From positions 1,673,892-1,737,891 of the forward strand of contig JAAOMT010000664.1 of the NCBI GenBank assembly GCA_016748015.1: DNA of 64,000 nt, read 5' to 3'. Shown in pieces: positions 51,500 to 64,000 of this stretch (within the stretch, counting starts at the first letter, position 1; every line of letters starts with the position of its first letter). The position numbers and the translations under genes are program-made. The notes under the pieces were generated by a model that searched no databases, had not been told where the DNA came from, and saw only the letters and a program-made list of their open reading frames with translations. This DNA is from Geosiphon pyriformis uo1. Taxonomy: Eukaryota; Fungi; Glomeromycota.

Positions 51500-51920
51500 C
51501 TAAAAAGAAAGAAAAGCTGCATCAGTAAGTACATCAGTATGTTTATTACCCACAACACCTAAATAACTTTTTACTTTATGCCAGTTAACATTCAAATTTT
51601 TTTTCCTAATAATGTTCACAATGTGCCAATGCTTGACCCAACAGCAATTTCAAAAATCTGGATAAACCAGACCTAATTCCGAATTGCATGCATCTAAAGC
51701 AGCCTAACTGTCTATAAAGATACTAACTGAGCTAAGAAAAAGGACACACTTAAAAGCCAACACAATAGGCTGTAATTTAGCCAGAGTAGAAGACATTAGA
51801 CCAAAAACACTGACCCCCAAATCCAAGCTTATATCCTCAAAAAAAACTGTAGCACCAGCTCTCATGTAAACACTTCCCAAACTCTTCAGAGATTCATTCA
51901 TATAGACAAAAAAACTGTTA
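51500..51920 (-). pseudogene. LINE-2 RNase H domain
   Basis: VYMNESL (decayed YTDGS), STLAKLQPI (decayed AEL.AI), IFIDS and WHKVKSYLGVVGNKHTD. Confidence 0.75.
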
Positions 51921-53032
51921 GTCTTAATACCTAGCAACCAATTGCAAATTAATCCAAACTCACTAGATTCCAAAATATCTAAAGATTCAATACTACTCAT
52001 GGAAGAGAAACAGACAGAGAAAGAAGCTACACTCTTGAGAAAGTTAACAGAAAGCCTAAACCAATCAGAAATAGGGCCATGTGGGTCCAGCCTTTTTCAA
52101 CATTTGAAAGTCCTTCAGTTAAAAATGGCTCTATTTTTATCATGAAGCTGTTCAATAAAAACAATACCATATTGCCAAAGGAACAGGAGAAACTTAAAAT
52201 AATCAGACTTGCCAAGAACAGATAACATAGAAGTACCACCACGAAAATGGAAAAAATTGGTTACATAACCACTTAAAGACAGACCACACCCAAGAAAAAC
52301 ACAAACCATGTCTACCAAAAAATTATTAAAAGCACTAACTTTGATATGAGCTAGAAAGACCAAAGAGTGGAGTGAACTTCAAGACAGAATCTGCAAGTTA
52401 TGAAACCTGTACAAAAACAACTGACCCAAAATTCCAACAGAATTTGCAAAACACACAATGGAAGCAACTTTGCTTTTAGTCTGGACTTGCTTAAAAGTTT
52501 TTAAACCATACAATAAAGAATGATAAAGTGCATTATTGGGAAAATCAAGAGACAGACTGGATTTCAGCTTTAAGCCTCTACAAATCAAAGAATCTCACTT
52601 ATTACACACACTGATAGGAACAAAACTGAACTGCATTTTGTAGCAGATAAGGGAGTGGAGAACTGCCAACACCAGATAAGAAAACTGTTTATCACAAATG
52701 GTTTTTCTTAAGACCAAATTGGTAAAAAATTTGACATTAGAATCAGCTTTAGCCAGACTAGACTTTGACAAACTCTTAGTTGACAAAAAAATCCCTATGT
52801 AGCAATAAAACTCTTCCTTCTTGGCAATGAAAATAGGTGAATCACTGATAGACAAATTAGAACATGCAACTCTGTAATTAATAAGAATTACCACTGTTTT
52901 GTTATTATTAATAGAAATGTTATTGATCCAAAAAAATTCACTAACAACATTGAAAATGTATTGGATTGCAGCTTGGCTGCTACCAATCCAAATTGTGTCA
53001 TTAACAAAAGCACCAGCAGTAAGAAAAGACGT

Positions 53033-54002
53033 TGTTACCAGTAGAATTTTAGCTATTAATTAGCATGAAATTACCCTTATAATTTCTATAATTCATTAGT
53101 ATATTAATATCATTTCAAATTATCATTTATTATTTAATCAATTATCACATATTACGATTCAATTAAATAATCCAATTAGTATAACAGAAAGTAAAATGAT
53201 CAAATTACACAATACCTTAAACTTTGTAACATTCAAAAATTCGCTGAAATTTACAGAAATTCGCCAAAATTTATAAGAAATTCGCCGAAATTATGAATAG
53301 TTCACCCAAATTAATCAATAGTTCAGCAAAATGTATCTTTAGTTTGCCGGAATTTGGGCAAAGAGAAAAAGTGCAAGTTCATAAACTAGTACTACAACAA
53401 GTTGTATAAAAGAAGAGCTTTTCTCTTCTTGAAAATGTATTTTACTTTAGATTTATCTCTTAAAACCGTTCCTATACACACAAAAAGAAATAAATATCAA
53501 ATAATTCGAAAAACCAAATTCTTTAATTATTGTACTTGGAAAATCCCCAAAACCCAACTAACATTTCGAAATTGATTAGCTACCAATTTCAGTAAACTGT
53601 TAGTGACTCCAGGCCTGAATAGAAAACGTTTCTCTTGACAAAATTCTATTTCTTTTACATTTCTTTTATTTTTCTTTTCTTTTCTTATTACAATTATTAG
53701 GGTAGCCTACAGACAAGATTTCTGTAGAAGAGTTGACTTTCACAGCAAAGTAACTATACATTTTAGTGAGCTTCCAAACAAGCAATTCCTGGGAAAGAGT
53801 TGATGTTTACTACAACGTAACTACATAAAGTAACTGGCATGGAATTGGTCATTCCACTTATAAGCCCAGCAGTTCAAATTATCTCCTATAATTTGAAGAT
53901 AAATTCAGTTATTGGAGGTTTAACTACTTCTAGAAAACGTGAATTCACAACAAACAGACATTAACAACATTCAAGAAAAGAGACCAAAAACCTCCGGTAA
54001 CA
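53033..54002 (+). repeat. Solo LTR of a family-A subfamily
   Basis: Reverse complement of the A LTR as it appears elsewhere; TGTTACCAG..CCGGTAACA; TSD ACGT. Confidence 0.92.
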
Positions 54003-54006
54003 ACGT

Positions 54007-56285
54007 TAATCCAGCATGAGATTCCAAATAACTGGTTCTGACAACATAATAAGAGTTCAGCCTATATCCACATATGCTCTCTTGTTTCTTGACTTCACAC
54101 AAAAGAGGATTATAAAATATGTGCCAAAGAAGTGGTAAGAACATCTCTCCTTGATCCAAACTATTATGCATCTGATATTCAATTGTCAAACTAAAATCTG
54201 TCATTATCTTATTAACATGACCATTTTGAATGTTGCCAAAAAATCTAATGAACTTATCACACATCTTTATTTTAACCAAACTGTTCCTAAGATGCTTCTA
54301 CTTAACAGAGTTGTAAGCCTTTCATATGTCTTGCAAAACCAGCCAGAGTTTATGGTTTTTTTTCAAAGCAGCTTTAATAACCAAACCAACAGCAAAAATA
54401 AGAGATTGCATTAATGTACCCTTTAAAACTGAGAAATTGTCCCTATGTAAAACATCATAAGTGCTGCATGCCAAAGAAATCCTGTCTAAGAGAATCTTAA
54501 AAAAGATTTTGTGAGTAGTCTCAATCAAAGCAATAGGTTGGGTGTTCATAAGAACTCCTTTCTACTTATAAGGTTTAGGAATCATTAAGACCCAAGCTTT
54601 TTTCCAAGCATTAGGCACTAATTCATGAGACAAACATGAATTCAAAAGCACCAAAAGCATATTCAAGACCAATCTGTTGTAATGCTTCCAAAGCTCATTT
54701 GACACTCCAGAAAGACCAGCAGCTTTGTGATTAGGCAGATTAGAAATCACTCCAAGTAACTCATTGAAACTAATAGAACACATCACATTAAAAAAAGCAT
54801 CATCAAAAATGTACTCCAAAGACCAATATTAATGAGACCAATTATCAGAAAAATCTTTCACTATATTACACTTTCTGGTTTAGTTCTCCATAATAATGTT
54901 AACCTTGGTCTTAACTAGTTTGAGTTTCAGAATTAGTTCATTCTCAACTACCAGATGGTTCAAAATTACCTTTGAAAAAGACACTCTAGTACACTCCTAA
55001 TTGTGTGATCTTTATTGACTGCAAAATTCTCTATCTGTCTATTTATAGCCAATTTGATTCTTGACTTCTCAGCTCATAAAGACTTAGTAAGCTTAGAGAC
55101 TTGATATGACTTTTATACACTGAAAAGAGCCGAGCATACATGATCAAAACTTGTACCAGAGTTTACCACATCCTGCACAATTAAAGCCCTAATATTGTCC
55201 AAAGAATTCCAGTGTTTTATAAAGAAAACAAACCTACCAACATCCTCTTCACAAGAGGCTTTAGCAATTTTTGAGACCAAAAGCTCCAGCTTATAAAACC
55301 TAAAAGATTTCTTGGTAAAAATACTATTAAAACTCTTAAATTATTTCTTCCTGAATACATTATTAACCAAAAGCATCATAATCTTGCAAACTGTATTTTA
55401 TATCATGTCCAAGTCCAAAAATTGCTCTAAAGAGACAAAATTATTAGAGAACATAACAGTATTGGCTGTTGTAGCATTTTTAAACTTGTCTTACTTTGCA
55501 TCATCAGCACTTTTAAAATCAAACTTCTAGTGATTCTTATTTGCCTGCTTGTGAAGAGAAGTCAACTGAGTGTTTAGCAAACTGCCCAGACCCACCAACA
55601 CAGAAACTGCTTGATGATTAATGTTAAAGTGATTATTAATGTCTATGACATTGCAACTCACTACTGCACTGACTAAATTTAATGAAACCAATACATAATC
55701 AATTGTTTTTTCCACACTCCTTGAATTTCTTCATGTAGGACTTTTTATGACCGAACTACCCACCAAAAAATTGACCAGTCTCAAATTGAAACACTTCTTA
55801 AAACTAGCACATTTTTGCAAATTGTCTTCATTGAAGTTACCACCAAGAATAATGAAAAAAGATTCATTAACAGCTTTCGCAATAAGAGAGTTGATTTCAC
55901 CAGTTTGCAAAAACCAAATCACAGACAAAGCACCAGCATAAAACCCTAAGACTAACACAAAAAGTTTATTTTTGAAAAGTAGTTTAATAAACAGAAGCTA
56001 ACCAGGTATCTCAGAAACTTTGCACACATGTCTTACTAAAGAAGAATCCATGATGATCACAACACCAGCACCCAAATAACCAGATTCCAAACCAAAAGTA
56101 AACACCCACATACCATCAAATTTGTTGACAATCCAAAAGTGAATCTTCTTTTTTAGCTTCAATTCTATAAAAATAGAAATTAAATTGTCTTTGTCTTTGT
56201 GCCAATAAATAATATCATTCTGTTTTGCAGAATTGTTCATTTCTCTAACATTACACATAGCAATTTTCTATACCAGACCACTTAT
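54007..56285 (-). pseudogene. LINE-2 ORF2 N-terminal part: APE endonuclease and RT
   Basis: CNVREMN, ILGGNFNE, KTIDYVLV, KAAGLSG, QPIALIET and LDQGE motifs; AFVND follows at ~53000. Confidence 0.9.
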
Positions 56286-57893
56286 TGGGATGAAAGAAGC
56301 AAAAAATCACCCAAATCAGAACACAAACAATCCAATCTAACCAGCACCAAACTGATTGAAGCTTCTAAAAACACCATCTTCGACTCTAAGCCATCTATCT
56401 TAGTAGTTAGAATCTTGGAGCTACTTAAACTAAAACCAGAAACATTATTATCAATAGCAGAGAAAGAGAAGACAAAAGACACTGACACACCATCCAAGAT
56501 CATGTCTGAGTTCGAACCTGAAGCCAAAAATACAGAAACAGCTGAAGGAAGCACTTGAGAAACAGATGGCAGAGGCACCAGTTCTACAAAACTCAACTTT
56601 TTCATAACACCAGAAACTTGATTGGCTAGAAGTTCCAAAGAGCATTCCAAAGACACCAAACAATCATACAAACTGGAAACACCAAGAGGAGCAAAGATAT
56701 ATGAAGAAGACATAGCACCAGAAAACAAACTAGTACTAGAAGAAACTGAAGGAACCACAAAAAAAGAAGAACCATTAGCAACTTGAGCCCAAGTTTTGCC
56801 ACCAAAAGAAACTGGGCAAATAATGGGTGTTTGCTTTTTCTTATAAATGTTGGCCAAGCAAACCTGGTTCTAAGAATTAATTACCTGTTTACTACAACCA
56901 CCACAATTCTTACCCACTATACAATCAACTGAAATATGACCAAATTGTTTGCATTGAGCACAACAAGCCAAAGATAGACCAGTCCAGCACAAATTCATAT
57001 TCTTAAAAACTGGAATAGAACTAATAGCAGCCATTCTATATGCTTTATTCTCAAAACAAACCATTGCACATTTGTTATGGGCATATAAACTTGGATTGCA
57101 ACCAATAAAGCATGTTTTCTCATCATAAGAATTCAACAAGTTAGAAAGATTATGAGCAGTAGTTCCAACTGGTAGTGTATACAACAATGCTTAATATTGG
57201 TCTCTTGAAGTTCATAATTGTTTATTATTAATTGCCAAAGCCATACATACAGAATTTTTTCCCATAAAAACAGACCATTTGGAAGCAATTGAACTAGCTA
57301 CTTCAGATGATTCAAACTCTACTAAAGCCTTTTGCCACAAACCAATCAAACACATTTTGATTGATGCAATCTTTTCAAACTTAGAAAAAACAAACTCCAC
57401 AGCCGATTTGGGAAAATCAACTGGAATTTCCTTGACAATTATTTTCTGATTTGAATGACTGCTTGGCTTTTTTACATCATTATTTACCAAAATTTTCTCA
57501 CAGATTGTTATTTCCTTAGTCTTATTTAAACTCAATTCCGAAATAAATAATGATTTGATAATCTTTGGGAATTTTGAGTAAGCAGAGGCTCTCCCAAAAC
57601 CATCAACTTGATAAAAAATTTTTTTTATTGAAATCAATTTGTTACTAACAGTTTTTTTTGGAATAGCCAAAAGCTCAATATCTAATGTGAATGATTTTAC
57701 TGGCTTAAAGCTTCTCTTTTTCAAACATGTAACTTGACACTTAGCAGCTGATTGGAACCTTTAAACTTAGGAGAAAGAAGCTCCAAAATATCATTAATGT
57801 CACTTATATTATTAAAAAAAAGTTTCTTCAGTGATTGTCCCAAAATATACATTCTCATTTATGTCTTTTTTAGAGTTATATCATCTATCATAT
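56282..57893 (-). pseudogene. LINE-2 ORF1 (RRM-like region and CCHC knuckle)
   Basis: IIVKEIPVDF..KALVEFESS and CAQCKQFGHISVDC. Confidence 0.82.
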
Positions 57894-58594
57894 TGTTACA
57901 GGTTGGAGTAACAAGCTAACGGATAGCAAGGAAGAACAGTATTTTATGGTGATGGAAATAAACAAAGAGGATTCAACTTCAAAAAGTGAATTGAATGAGT
58001 AAGGATTCAATGTGTGAGATCAGTCTCATAAAATATCTCAGTCGCTATTTTTTTCAAGAATAACCAGGGAATTTGAAGGTAGAAAGATAGTCCGTACTGT
58101 CAACAATTGATCACCGCTGGTATTAATTCTATGTCTTTACTTTGGCACTCTTAAAATTCAATATCAGGTATCAACTTGTGCTCTTCAGTCACGTTTATAT
58201 AAATAGTCTTCAAATACTACAATTATTCAAACAGGGAAAGGCCAACAAGTAATCTTTTATCCTAAGATGTTCGGATACTTGAAAGTAGGGAAAGAAAAAT
58301 TAGCGATAAGAAAGTGATTGAGATGAAATTGTTATTTTATTTATTTGATTCTTGTCTGAGAAATGATTTTCTACAGCTAAGAAACTCATCGCTTATATAG
58401 CTAATGAAAGTGGTCAATGACCAGGTCAACAACTAGGTCAATAATCAGGTTAATAATTAGGTCAATAATTAGGTCAACGGTCAGGTCATTAATTAGGTCA
58501 ATAATCACTATCTAAAAATAGAGTGGCTAATTATATGACATCAATGGCTAATACATGTGATAACTAATAAAAATTATGGGTTTCAACCATAATA
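57894..58594 (-). repeat. F 3' LTR
   Basis: Starts TGTTACAGG at the LINE junction. The other end (decayed CATAATA) abuts the PPT. The partner LTR is not in the window. Confidence 0.75.
58412..58507. repeat. 8 x 12-bp tandem repeat (consensus GGTCAATAATYA) in the F LTR
   Basis: Units start at 58412, 58424, 58436, 58448, 58460, 58472, 58484 and 58496. Confidence 0.9.
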
Positions 58595-59220
58595 TTATCC
58601 TTTCCAAAGAGATTGAGCTCTGGCGAAATCAAGCTATTTATAGAGTATTCTAATTGAAGGGTTTTGTCTAACTTAAAACTAACTAGTTTGTTGAAGTCTT
58701 TTGTGAATAGAGTGTATAGTACTTGAGACAAAATAAGCTTTGTATCCAAGAGACCAAATCTTTGTATAAGAGTTTTGGCTCTTTTAGCAATGGTTAAAAC
58801 TCTTGGGACATCTAATCGTATAATGCCCAAAATTTTCACTTGTATCTCTGAAGTTGTTTTCTTCATGAGCTTCATGTCTTCTATGATTTTACCAAGACAA
58901 CCATAGAGTTCTAGTTGTCTTCCATATGACAAGTTTTTGTCTATGGGCAAGATTTCTTGTATTGTTTTTCCAATTGTGCTGAAAGGTGAAAGTATTGCTG
59001 CTGTTATGCTTTTCAGCAGGTATTTATCCATTTTGCCACCAATTTTTTCTCTTCTGGTAGTTGTTTTCTTTGGTCTGATAACAGTGTGAGTTCCACTGTT
59101 GTCTGTTATGGTGGTTTGTTTTCCAATAGTCAAAGTAGCATTTGGATAGTTTTTGATCCAGTACTCATAGAGAGTATAGAAAATGTTTTAAATGTTTTGA
59201 TCCAGGAAATAATTGTTCAT
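58564..59220 (-). pseudogene. F ORF3
   Basis: The 189-aa ORF extends through one TAA to an ATG at 59220 (MNNYFLDQNI*NIFYTLYEYWIKNYPNATLTIGK). Confidence 0.72.
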
Positions 59221-59239
59221 GTCGATTGAAGATACCTCT

Positions 59240-60575
59240 GTTTTGGGAATGGTGCATTTATTTATATCTGATTTTTGCTGATCATTTGGGTCGGTATTAC
59301 CACAACAGGTAACCAATCAGGTTGTTTGTGATATTTCTTGAGTCGTGTGCCATGAACAGATCAATTATTGAAAATTGTTCCATATTGATCTTGTAAGATA
59401 TAAGAATCATTGTTCAAAACTTTGTTGACTATAAAGGGTCCTTTCCACTGGCTAGAAAATTTATCACCATAGACATTGTTTCTGTTTGAACGGTATTCTA
59501 AAACTAAGTCACCAACACTTAAGGAAAGTGTTTTATATGTTTTTTTTTTCTTAAGCTTCTTTTGGAATTGTTTTATCTTTTCAAAGGCAATTATTCGTAC
59601 TTCTATTAATGAGTCAAGAATAGTACCAAGTCTTCTTTGCAAAATGTCTTTGTAATTTCCTATTGTTATTTCTTCAAAGGGTATTGTCTCAATGTCAGTT
59701 TCTATTGGTAGGGTTGCCATTCGTCCATAGAGTAGATAAAAAGATTCATAACTTGTTATGTCATGATTTACAGTTCTGTAGGTAAACAAAGCTGAAGGCA
59801 ATACTTTGTCCCATAGGTTGGTTTCTTTACTGGTTTTGGCTAGGGTTTCACATAGTGTTCTATTGAAACGTTCTACTAGGCCATTTGTTTGGGGGTAATA
59901 AGAGGAAGAGAGTTTATGATGTATTCCCATTTTTCTGCAAAGTTCTTCAACCAGTGTATTGAGAAAAGCTCTTCTTCTATCAGATAAAAGTTCTTTGGAA
60001 CAGCCATGGCGACAGATAATATCTTCATAAATGAAATTGGCAATTGAGACTGCTGTTTGATCTGGGGTGGCTCTTGCTTCTACCCACTTTGTAAGATAGT
60101 TAGTAGCTGTGATAATATATCTGTTGCCATCAAGAGTTACTGTTAAAGGTCCAACAACATCTATACCAATTCTGTCAAATGGTTGACCAACAGAGATCAG
60201 ATAGATATTTTCCTTGTGATTGGGTTTTCCTCTTCTTTAACAGATATTACAGGTTTTAATGTATTCAGCAATGTCTTTTCTCAAGATAGGCCAATAATAG
60301 CGAGCTAAAGTTTTCTGAATCGTTTTTGTTTTTCTAAAGTGTCTAGCTAATAGATCAGTGTGCATATTGTAGATCACAATTTCTCTTTCTTTAAATCTAA
60401 TGACTCTCTGAGGGCAGTCAGGATCTTTTCTATTTCTTTTATATAACTGGTTTTGGTGAATCAAATAGAAATTTAATTGTTTGCACAAATGTTCTTTTTA
60501 CTGTCAAGTATAGTCCAGCGGGTATTGTCCTTTATCCAAAAATTCCATTAAGGCAGAGTAGTTGTCCAAGTCCAT
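59240..60575 (-). pseudogene. F integrase, separate ORF
   Basis: HTDLLARHF..YYWP..CNIC, YPQTNGLVERFNRTL and WKGPF motifs. Confidence 0.9.
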
Positions 60576-60640
60576 TATTATGTTTGTTTGTGGGGGAGTT
60601 ACAAATAATTAAGTTGGTTTAGTTTGAGAGGGTTTTACTA

Positions 60641-63600
60641 TCACTGAATAGTAAGTCTGGAGAGAGCGTTGGCGTTTTGATGATTAGCTTCTTTGCAGTA
60701 TTGAATGTTATAGTCAAATTCATCCAAGTGGAGTATCTAGCAAGTTATCTATTTATGTTCCAGGTTTTTTTTGTTGCATAGCCAAACCAAAACTTGGTAA
60801 TCTATTACCACCAAAAATTTTACACCCTTAAGATATTTGTCTCAGTAGCTAGTAGTCCAAACTACTGCTAAGCATTCTTGCTCAGTGACTGAATAGTTCC
60901 TTTCTGCTGGTGTGAGAGTTCTACTGACATATGCTACAGCATGTTTCCTGCCATCTTCATCTTTCTGGGAAAGAACAACACCAAGTCCATAGCCAAATGC
61001 ATCAGTATGGAGGATAAAAGGTCGATCCAGATTAGATTGCCTGAGAATGGGTTCTGTAACCAGTTTTTTCTTCAGAATTTCAAATGCTTTTTGTTGATAA
61101 GTGCTCCAGTAATAATTAATGTTTTTCCTAAGTAGCTAATTGAAAGGAGCAGCAATTTTGAAGAAATCCTTGACAAACTTGTGATAATAAGAGGCCAAAC
61201 CAAGAAAAGAGCGTAGTTCATGAACATTCATTGGTTGTCTAATGTTTTGAACTTTTTCAATTTTGGCTGGATCAGGGAAGATTCTATCTTTTGTAATAAA
61301 ATGGCCAAGGAACTGGGTGGATTGACGTCCAAAGAATGATTTAATTGGATTGATCTTAAGGTCAGCATTTCTAAGGAGGTCAAAAACCTTTTGCAAATGT
61401 TCAAGATGTTCATCCCAGGTTTTTGAGTATACCATTATGTCATCCAAGTAGACTAGAACAAAGTTTTTTTTTACTGATTCAAATACTTTGTCTATTAAGC
61501 ATTGAAAGGTGGGAGGAGTATTTGTGAGACCAAAAGGCATGACTGTGAATTCATAGATGCCATACTTGGTAATGAAGACAGTTTTTTTTCTGCTTTTTGG
61601 ATCCATCTCTACTTGTCAGAATTCAGCAGTTAAGTCAATGGTTGAGAAGAAAACAGCACTATAGAATTGGTTTAGCATTGCATCAATCTTGGGAAGTGGG
61701 TACATGTCTCTTTCAATAATGGCATTTAATTGGCAATAGTCAACACAAAAGCGTAGGGTTCCTCTTTTCTTGGATACCACTACAACTGGGAATGCCCATT
61801 TACTCTTGGTTTCCTGTATGAATCCAAGGTTTTTCATTCAGGTTATTTTCTTTTTGATAAATTCATTATTGTGCTGGTTAGATTAATAGGACTTCAAATG
61901 AATGTGACGAGTTTCTCTAATGATAATGGTGTATTGTATTACATGTGTACATTTAGGAGGTTCACCTTCTTTTGAGATAACTGGGCTGTTTCTAGCCAGC
62001 AGGTTTTCAATGTCTATCTTTCTTTCTTCTGGAAAGGGTTCTCTTTGTTCTACAACCAGTGATTGGATTTCAGGTGGTTCATTTTCAAAGGACTTTTGGA
62101 CTTCTTTTATTTTCTCATGGGGTATCAAGCTGATTGGTTCCCAATCTTTGTAATAGATCAGGCAGGACATGTATTCATTGCTAGGAGAATACAATAGTTT
62201 GTCGCACCAGCACCGGGCACAAGGACCATGCCACCAATAACTGTATTTGGCTTTCTTGCCTGGCTTTCTGTCAAAGATTCTTCTGAGCATGTTATAATAA
62301 GACCAGTAGATCAGCTTGCAATTGACAATGATTCCTTCTTTATCTGCCTTGACATTATTCAGTGGTTTGCCATTGCTGGTAAAAATGGTATAGGCAAGTT
62401 CAGCAGTTTCTTCTTGTTCTTCTTGTTCTTCTTCTTTCTCACTTTTTTTATCATCTGATTCGTCTGATTCATTTTCTTCTGGGCTCTGCTTGGGTACTAG
62501 GGGAGTTGTCCAATGGCAACATTTAATCACAATAGGTTTCTCACCACATCTAATGGTTAGTTCACAGAGTTCATAATCAAGCAAAGCTTTTGCTTTCTTG
62601 AGCCATTCATTGCCAACAATAATGATGTATTCTTTTGCTTCAGATACTCCATATCAGTTTCAATGCTGATACTATTAATGCGAACAGGAATAGCTTTGGC
62701 TATGCCAAGCCCTTTCTTCTTATCACTATGTACATTGGTCATTGGTTGTGTGGATGGTTTATCAATTTTTCTGCCAATTGCTTCAAGAAAGTGTTTAGCA
62801 ATAACACTAACAGATGATCCACTGTCTAGAATCAAATCGATGAAGTAGCCAGCCACTTGGGCTTTGCAAATTAGAGGAGTGACATTGTTATTGTCAGCAA
62901 GTCCAGCTTGGCGAGGGCATTTGTTGGTTTTGGGTGTCTTTTTCTTTAGAATCAGAGATTTGCGAAGATTTTTTCTGAATTGTGGATGGGTTATTAATTG
63001 GCCAAAGGTTATATGTGCTGGGGTTTCCATAAGGTCTTTGACAACAGAATAGGTGCCAGATTTTTGTACTATTTCTGGGGGTTCCAACTTTGGAGGGTTC
63101 TTGAAAACTTTGGCTTTTGGGGGCTCATTGTTGTCAGCAGTTGATGTAGAAGCTTTATTGAGGTCCAAAACAAAATCAACTTTGGCTTTCTTCTTCTTTC
63201 TTGTGAATTCAGAGGGGTTGATTGCTAATTCATCCATGTCATGGTCATTATCAGTTAAGTTAAAAGTGTAAAAGGGGTTTTCTTTTGGTTGGCTTGCACT
63301 CTTACCCTTTGGAGGTATGTCTACCAGTTTAAAGGCTAATAAACAGTGGCTTCAACTAGAGGATCCTCTCCAAAGAAATTGATGTTGGCATGATTGGGTC
63401 TTTGATTGGGGACATTGTTATTGTTGTTGGGTCTGTTGTTTTGGTTGTCATTGTTTCTGGGAGCTAGAGGAGACAGTAGAGAATTGTTACAATCTCTTGA
63501 ATAATGTCCAGTTAATTCACAATGATAGCACACAAGTGGGCCATGATTTTGCTGTCTTTGATAGGGAGGTTGCTGGGGCTGGTTAAAACAAGGTTCGTAT

Positions 63601-64000
63601 CTAGGTCTTGGTGGTTGCTGGTTATTTCTGACTGCTTGTGCCAAAAGTTTTAATAACTGGGCAAGATTGGCTATAAGTCTATCAATTAATTGTTCATTTG
63701 GATCTTGAGTTTGGGCAGCAAAAGAAGCAGCAGCCATTTGAGGGGCAGGAGCCATGACAGAAGCAGAAGCAAAAACTGGAAGTGTAGATCCCAAATGTAT
63801 TCTTTGATTGTCTTCAATTTGTTGGGCAAGTTCAATGGCCATGTCCATTATAGGGTTGTCTTTTAGGGCCAAGAGAGGCCAAAGAGCATAAGATAAATTG
63901 GTTCTTAATCCTTTTGTGAAGGAATGAATCTTTTGTTTTTCTGTCCAGTTTCTCCTAGAGTCTACACGTTTGATTAGCTTTCTAATAGCTTTGGCATATT
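60641..64000 (-). pseudogene. F gag-PR-RT-RH polyprotein, disrupted
   Basis: CYHCELTGHYSRDC, LILDSGS, LRFCVDY, MPFGLTN, YLDD and NANALSR. Confidence 0.92.

Larger units (their letters stand above)
41406..57893 (-). mobile_element. LINE-2: non-LTR retrotransposon (ORF1; APE-RT-RNaseH-CCHC ORF2), split by A3 and a solo LTR, 5' end cut by F
   Basis: Pieces are 41406-41820, 50908-53032 and 54007-57893, with an A-rich 3' tail at ~41406 and reading frames restored across the TSDs. Confidence 0.92.
57894..64000 (-). mobile_element. F: divergent Ty3/gypsy element without dUTPase; 5' end beyond the window
   Basis: 3' LTR 57894-58594, PPT GGAAAGGATAA, and gag-PR-RT-RH, IN and ORF3 in order. Confidence 0.92.

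Overview
This is AT-rich eukaryotic DNA made entirely of nested, mutation-decayed retrotransposons. I see no host gene, rRNA, tRNA or CRISPR array. The element style suggests a Glomeromycotina-type fungus, but that is recall and inference, not a search result. Ty3/gypsy LTR content: three near-full-length copies of one family (A1 594-18378, A2 27361-37187, A3 41821-50903), an internally deleted element B (4624-12545), a two-LTR non-coding element C (235-20980), partial elements D (1-27222) and F (57894-end), two solo LTRs and an old A-like fragment. Two LINEs are also present, one with a visible RNase H domain. Most boundaries are supported by TGTTAC...GTAACA termini, PBS, PPT and 4-5 bp TSDs, and nesting reaches up to six levels. 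The most interesting signal is an architecture shared by four divergent gypsy families. One long gag-PR-Cys-rich-(dUTPase)-RT-RNaseH frame ends in a stop codon. Integrase then follows as a separate ORF with its own ATG in a non-conserved phase, and a conserved uncharacterised ~220-aa ORF3 sits at the env position. Gag appears to start at a conserved GUG. There are five N gaps, and those near 5.1-5.5 kb create a false duplication.
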